Shown one piece after another: positions 63,015 through 64,000 of a DNA stretch of 64,000 nt (within the stretch, counting starts at the first letter, position 1; every line of letters begins with the position of its first letter). Both the position numbers and the translations under genes were made by a program. The notes beneath the pieces are model-generated. The model made no database searches and had not been told where the DNA came from. It was given only the letters and a program-made list of their open reading frames with translations. Origin of the DNA: Clostridia bacterium (GTDB lineage Bacteria; Bacillota; Clostridia; UBA1381); contig JAZOOY010000062.1 of NCBI GenBank assembly GCA_045655325.1, positions 12,401 through 76,400 of the forward strand. The letters run 5' to 3'.

Positions 63015-64000
63015 ATGGCAAAAAACAGACTAGTAGGAGATTATCCTGTTATTGGAATCCGTCCAACAATTGACGGACGAAGAGGACCACTAAAGGTAAG
63101 AGAATCTTTAGAGGACCAGACAATGAATATGGCAAAGGCAGCAGCCCGGCTTATTACATCAAATCTTAAATATTCAAACGGCGAGCCTGTAAAGGTAGTT
63201 ATCGCTGACACAACAATAGGTAGAGTGGCAGAAGCTGCAGCTTGCCGTGAAAAGTTTAAAAAAGAGGGCGTTGACATTACACTGACTGTTACACCTTGCT
63301 GGTGCTACGGATCAGAAACAATGGATATGGACCCTATGACAATCAAGGGCGTTTGGGGATTTAACGGAACAGAAAGACCAGGTGCTGTGTACTTAGCAGC
63401 AGTACTTGCATCTCACGCACAGAAAGGACTTCCTGCATTTGGTATTTACGGTCACGATGTTCAGAATATGGACGAATCAGACAAGATTCCTGAAGACGTT
63501 GCAGAAAAGATTTTGAGATTTGCTCGTGCAGCAGTTGCAGCGGCAACAATGCGTGGCAAGTCATACCTACAGATTGGTTCAATTTGTATGGGTATAGGCG
63601 GTTCAATTATTGACGTTGACTTCATCGAAGAATACCTTGGCATGAGAGTTGAATCAGTTGACGAGGTGGAAATCATCCGCCGAATGACAGAGGGTATCTA
63701 TGACGAAGCAGAATTCAAAAAGGCACTAGCATGGGCAAAAGAAAAGTGCAATATGGGCTTTGACAAGAACCCGGAAGATATGCAAAAGAGCGATAAGGAA
63801 AAGGAAGAACAGTTCGAGTTTGTTGTTAAGATGATGTGCATCATCAAAGACTTAATGAACGGTAACGAAAACTTACCTGAAGGCTGCGAAGAAGAAATGG
63901 TTGGTCATAACGCTATCGCAGCAGGATTCCAGGGACAAAGACAGTGGACAGACTTCTATCCAAACTGTGACTTCCCTGAATCAATGCTTAACACTTCATT
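63015..64000 (+). CDS. fucI: L-fucose isomerase, N-terminal ~328 codons; 3' end outside window
   Basis: ATG 63015 behind AGGAGG. Near-colinear resemblance to E. coli FucI ([68 protein letters not shown]). Open to the window edge, so absent from the ORF track. Confidence 0.9.
   Translation, partial: MAKNRLVGDYPVIGIRPTIDGRRGPLKVRESLEDQTMNMAKAAARLITSNLKYSNGEPVKVVIADTTIGRVAEAAACREKFKKEGVDITLTVTPCWCYGSETMDMDPMTIKGVWGFNGTERPGAVYLAAVLASHAQKGLPAFGIYGHDVQNMDESDKIPEDVAEKILRFARAAVAAATMRGKSYLQIGSICMGIGGSIIDVDFIEEYLGMRVESVDEVEIIRRMTEGIYDEAEFKKALAWAKEKCNMGFDKNPEDMQKSDKEKEEQFEFVVKMMCIIKDLMNGNENLPEGCEEEMVGHNAIAAGFQGQRQWTDFYPNCDFPESMLNTS

Overview
AT-rich (by eye roughly 40% G+C) chromosomal segment from a low-GC, spore-forming Firmicute, most likely class Clostridia. 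It is densely coding and almost entirely core housekeeping. All product calls rest on motifs and family resemblance recognised by eye; no searches were run.

Gene content:
- Translation and RNA: hisS-aspS, alaS, truB, ribF, pth, and one tRNA-Thr(GGU).
- Replication and repair: rnhB, yraN, xerD-like, mfd.
- Nucleotide salvage: xpt, a BMP-family nucleoside ABC transporter, and uracil permease with pyrR.
- Amino-acid metabolism: aspartate aminotransferase, serC-serA, and a fused aroE/aroK.
- Sporulation: spoIIM, cwlD, a SpoVB/MurJ-like flippase, and a possible Spo0E-like peptide.
- Envelope glycosylation: wecB, a GT2 and GtrA.
- Carbohydrate genes: a partial GH94-like phosphorylase, an aldose epimerase, a NahK-like kinase, malQ and a partial fucI.

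I found no CRISPR array, IS element, prophage or recognisable defence system.

The items most worth follow-up are:
1. A ~98-nt intergenic element present twice (11586-11683 and 25369-25467). The copies are about 95% identical, sit in unrelated convergent-gene contexts, and have hairpins plus a terminator-like 3' end. This is a candidate small RNA or REP-like element.
2. An AraC-linked cluster (50493-56951, plus an Fe-ADH at 57099-58271) encoding an SDR, an MBL-fold lactonase, an enolase-superfamily dehydratase, two DapA-family aldolases and a TIM-barrel isomerase. It looks like an oxidative, non-phosphorylative sugar-acid pathway. It lies 5 kb from a canonical fucI locus.
3. A stand-alone 42-codon ORF with its own SD and terminator (59289-59417).
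4. Long hairpins that bury the SD and start codon of two sporulation genes, spoIIM and cwlD.
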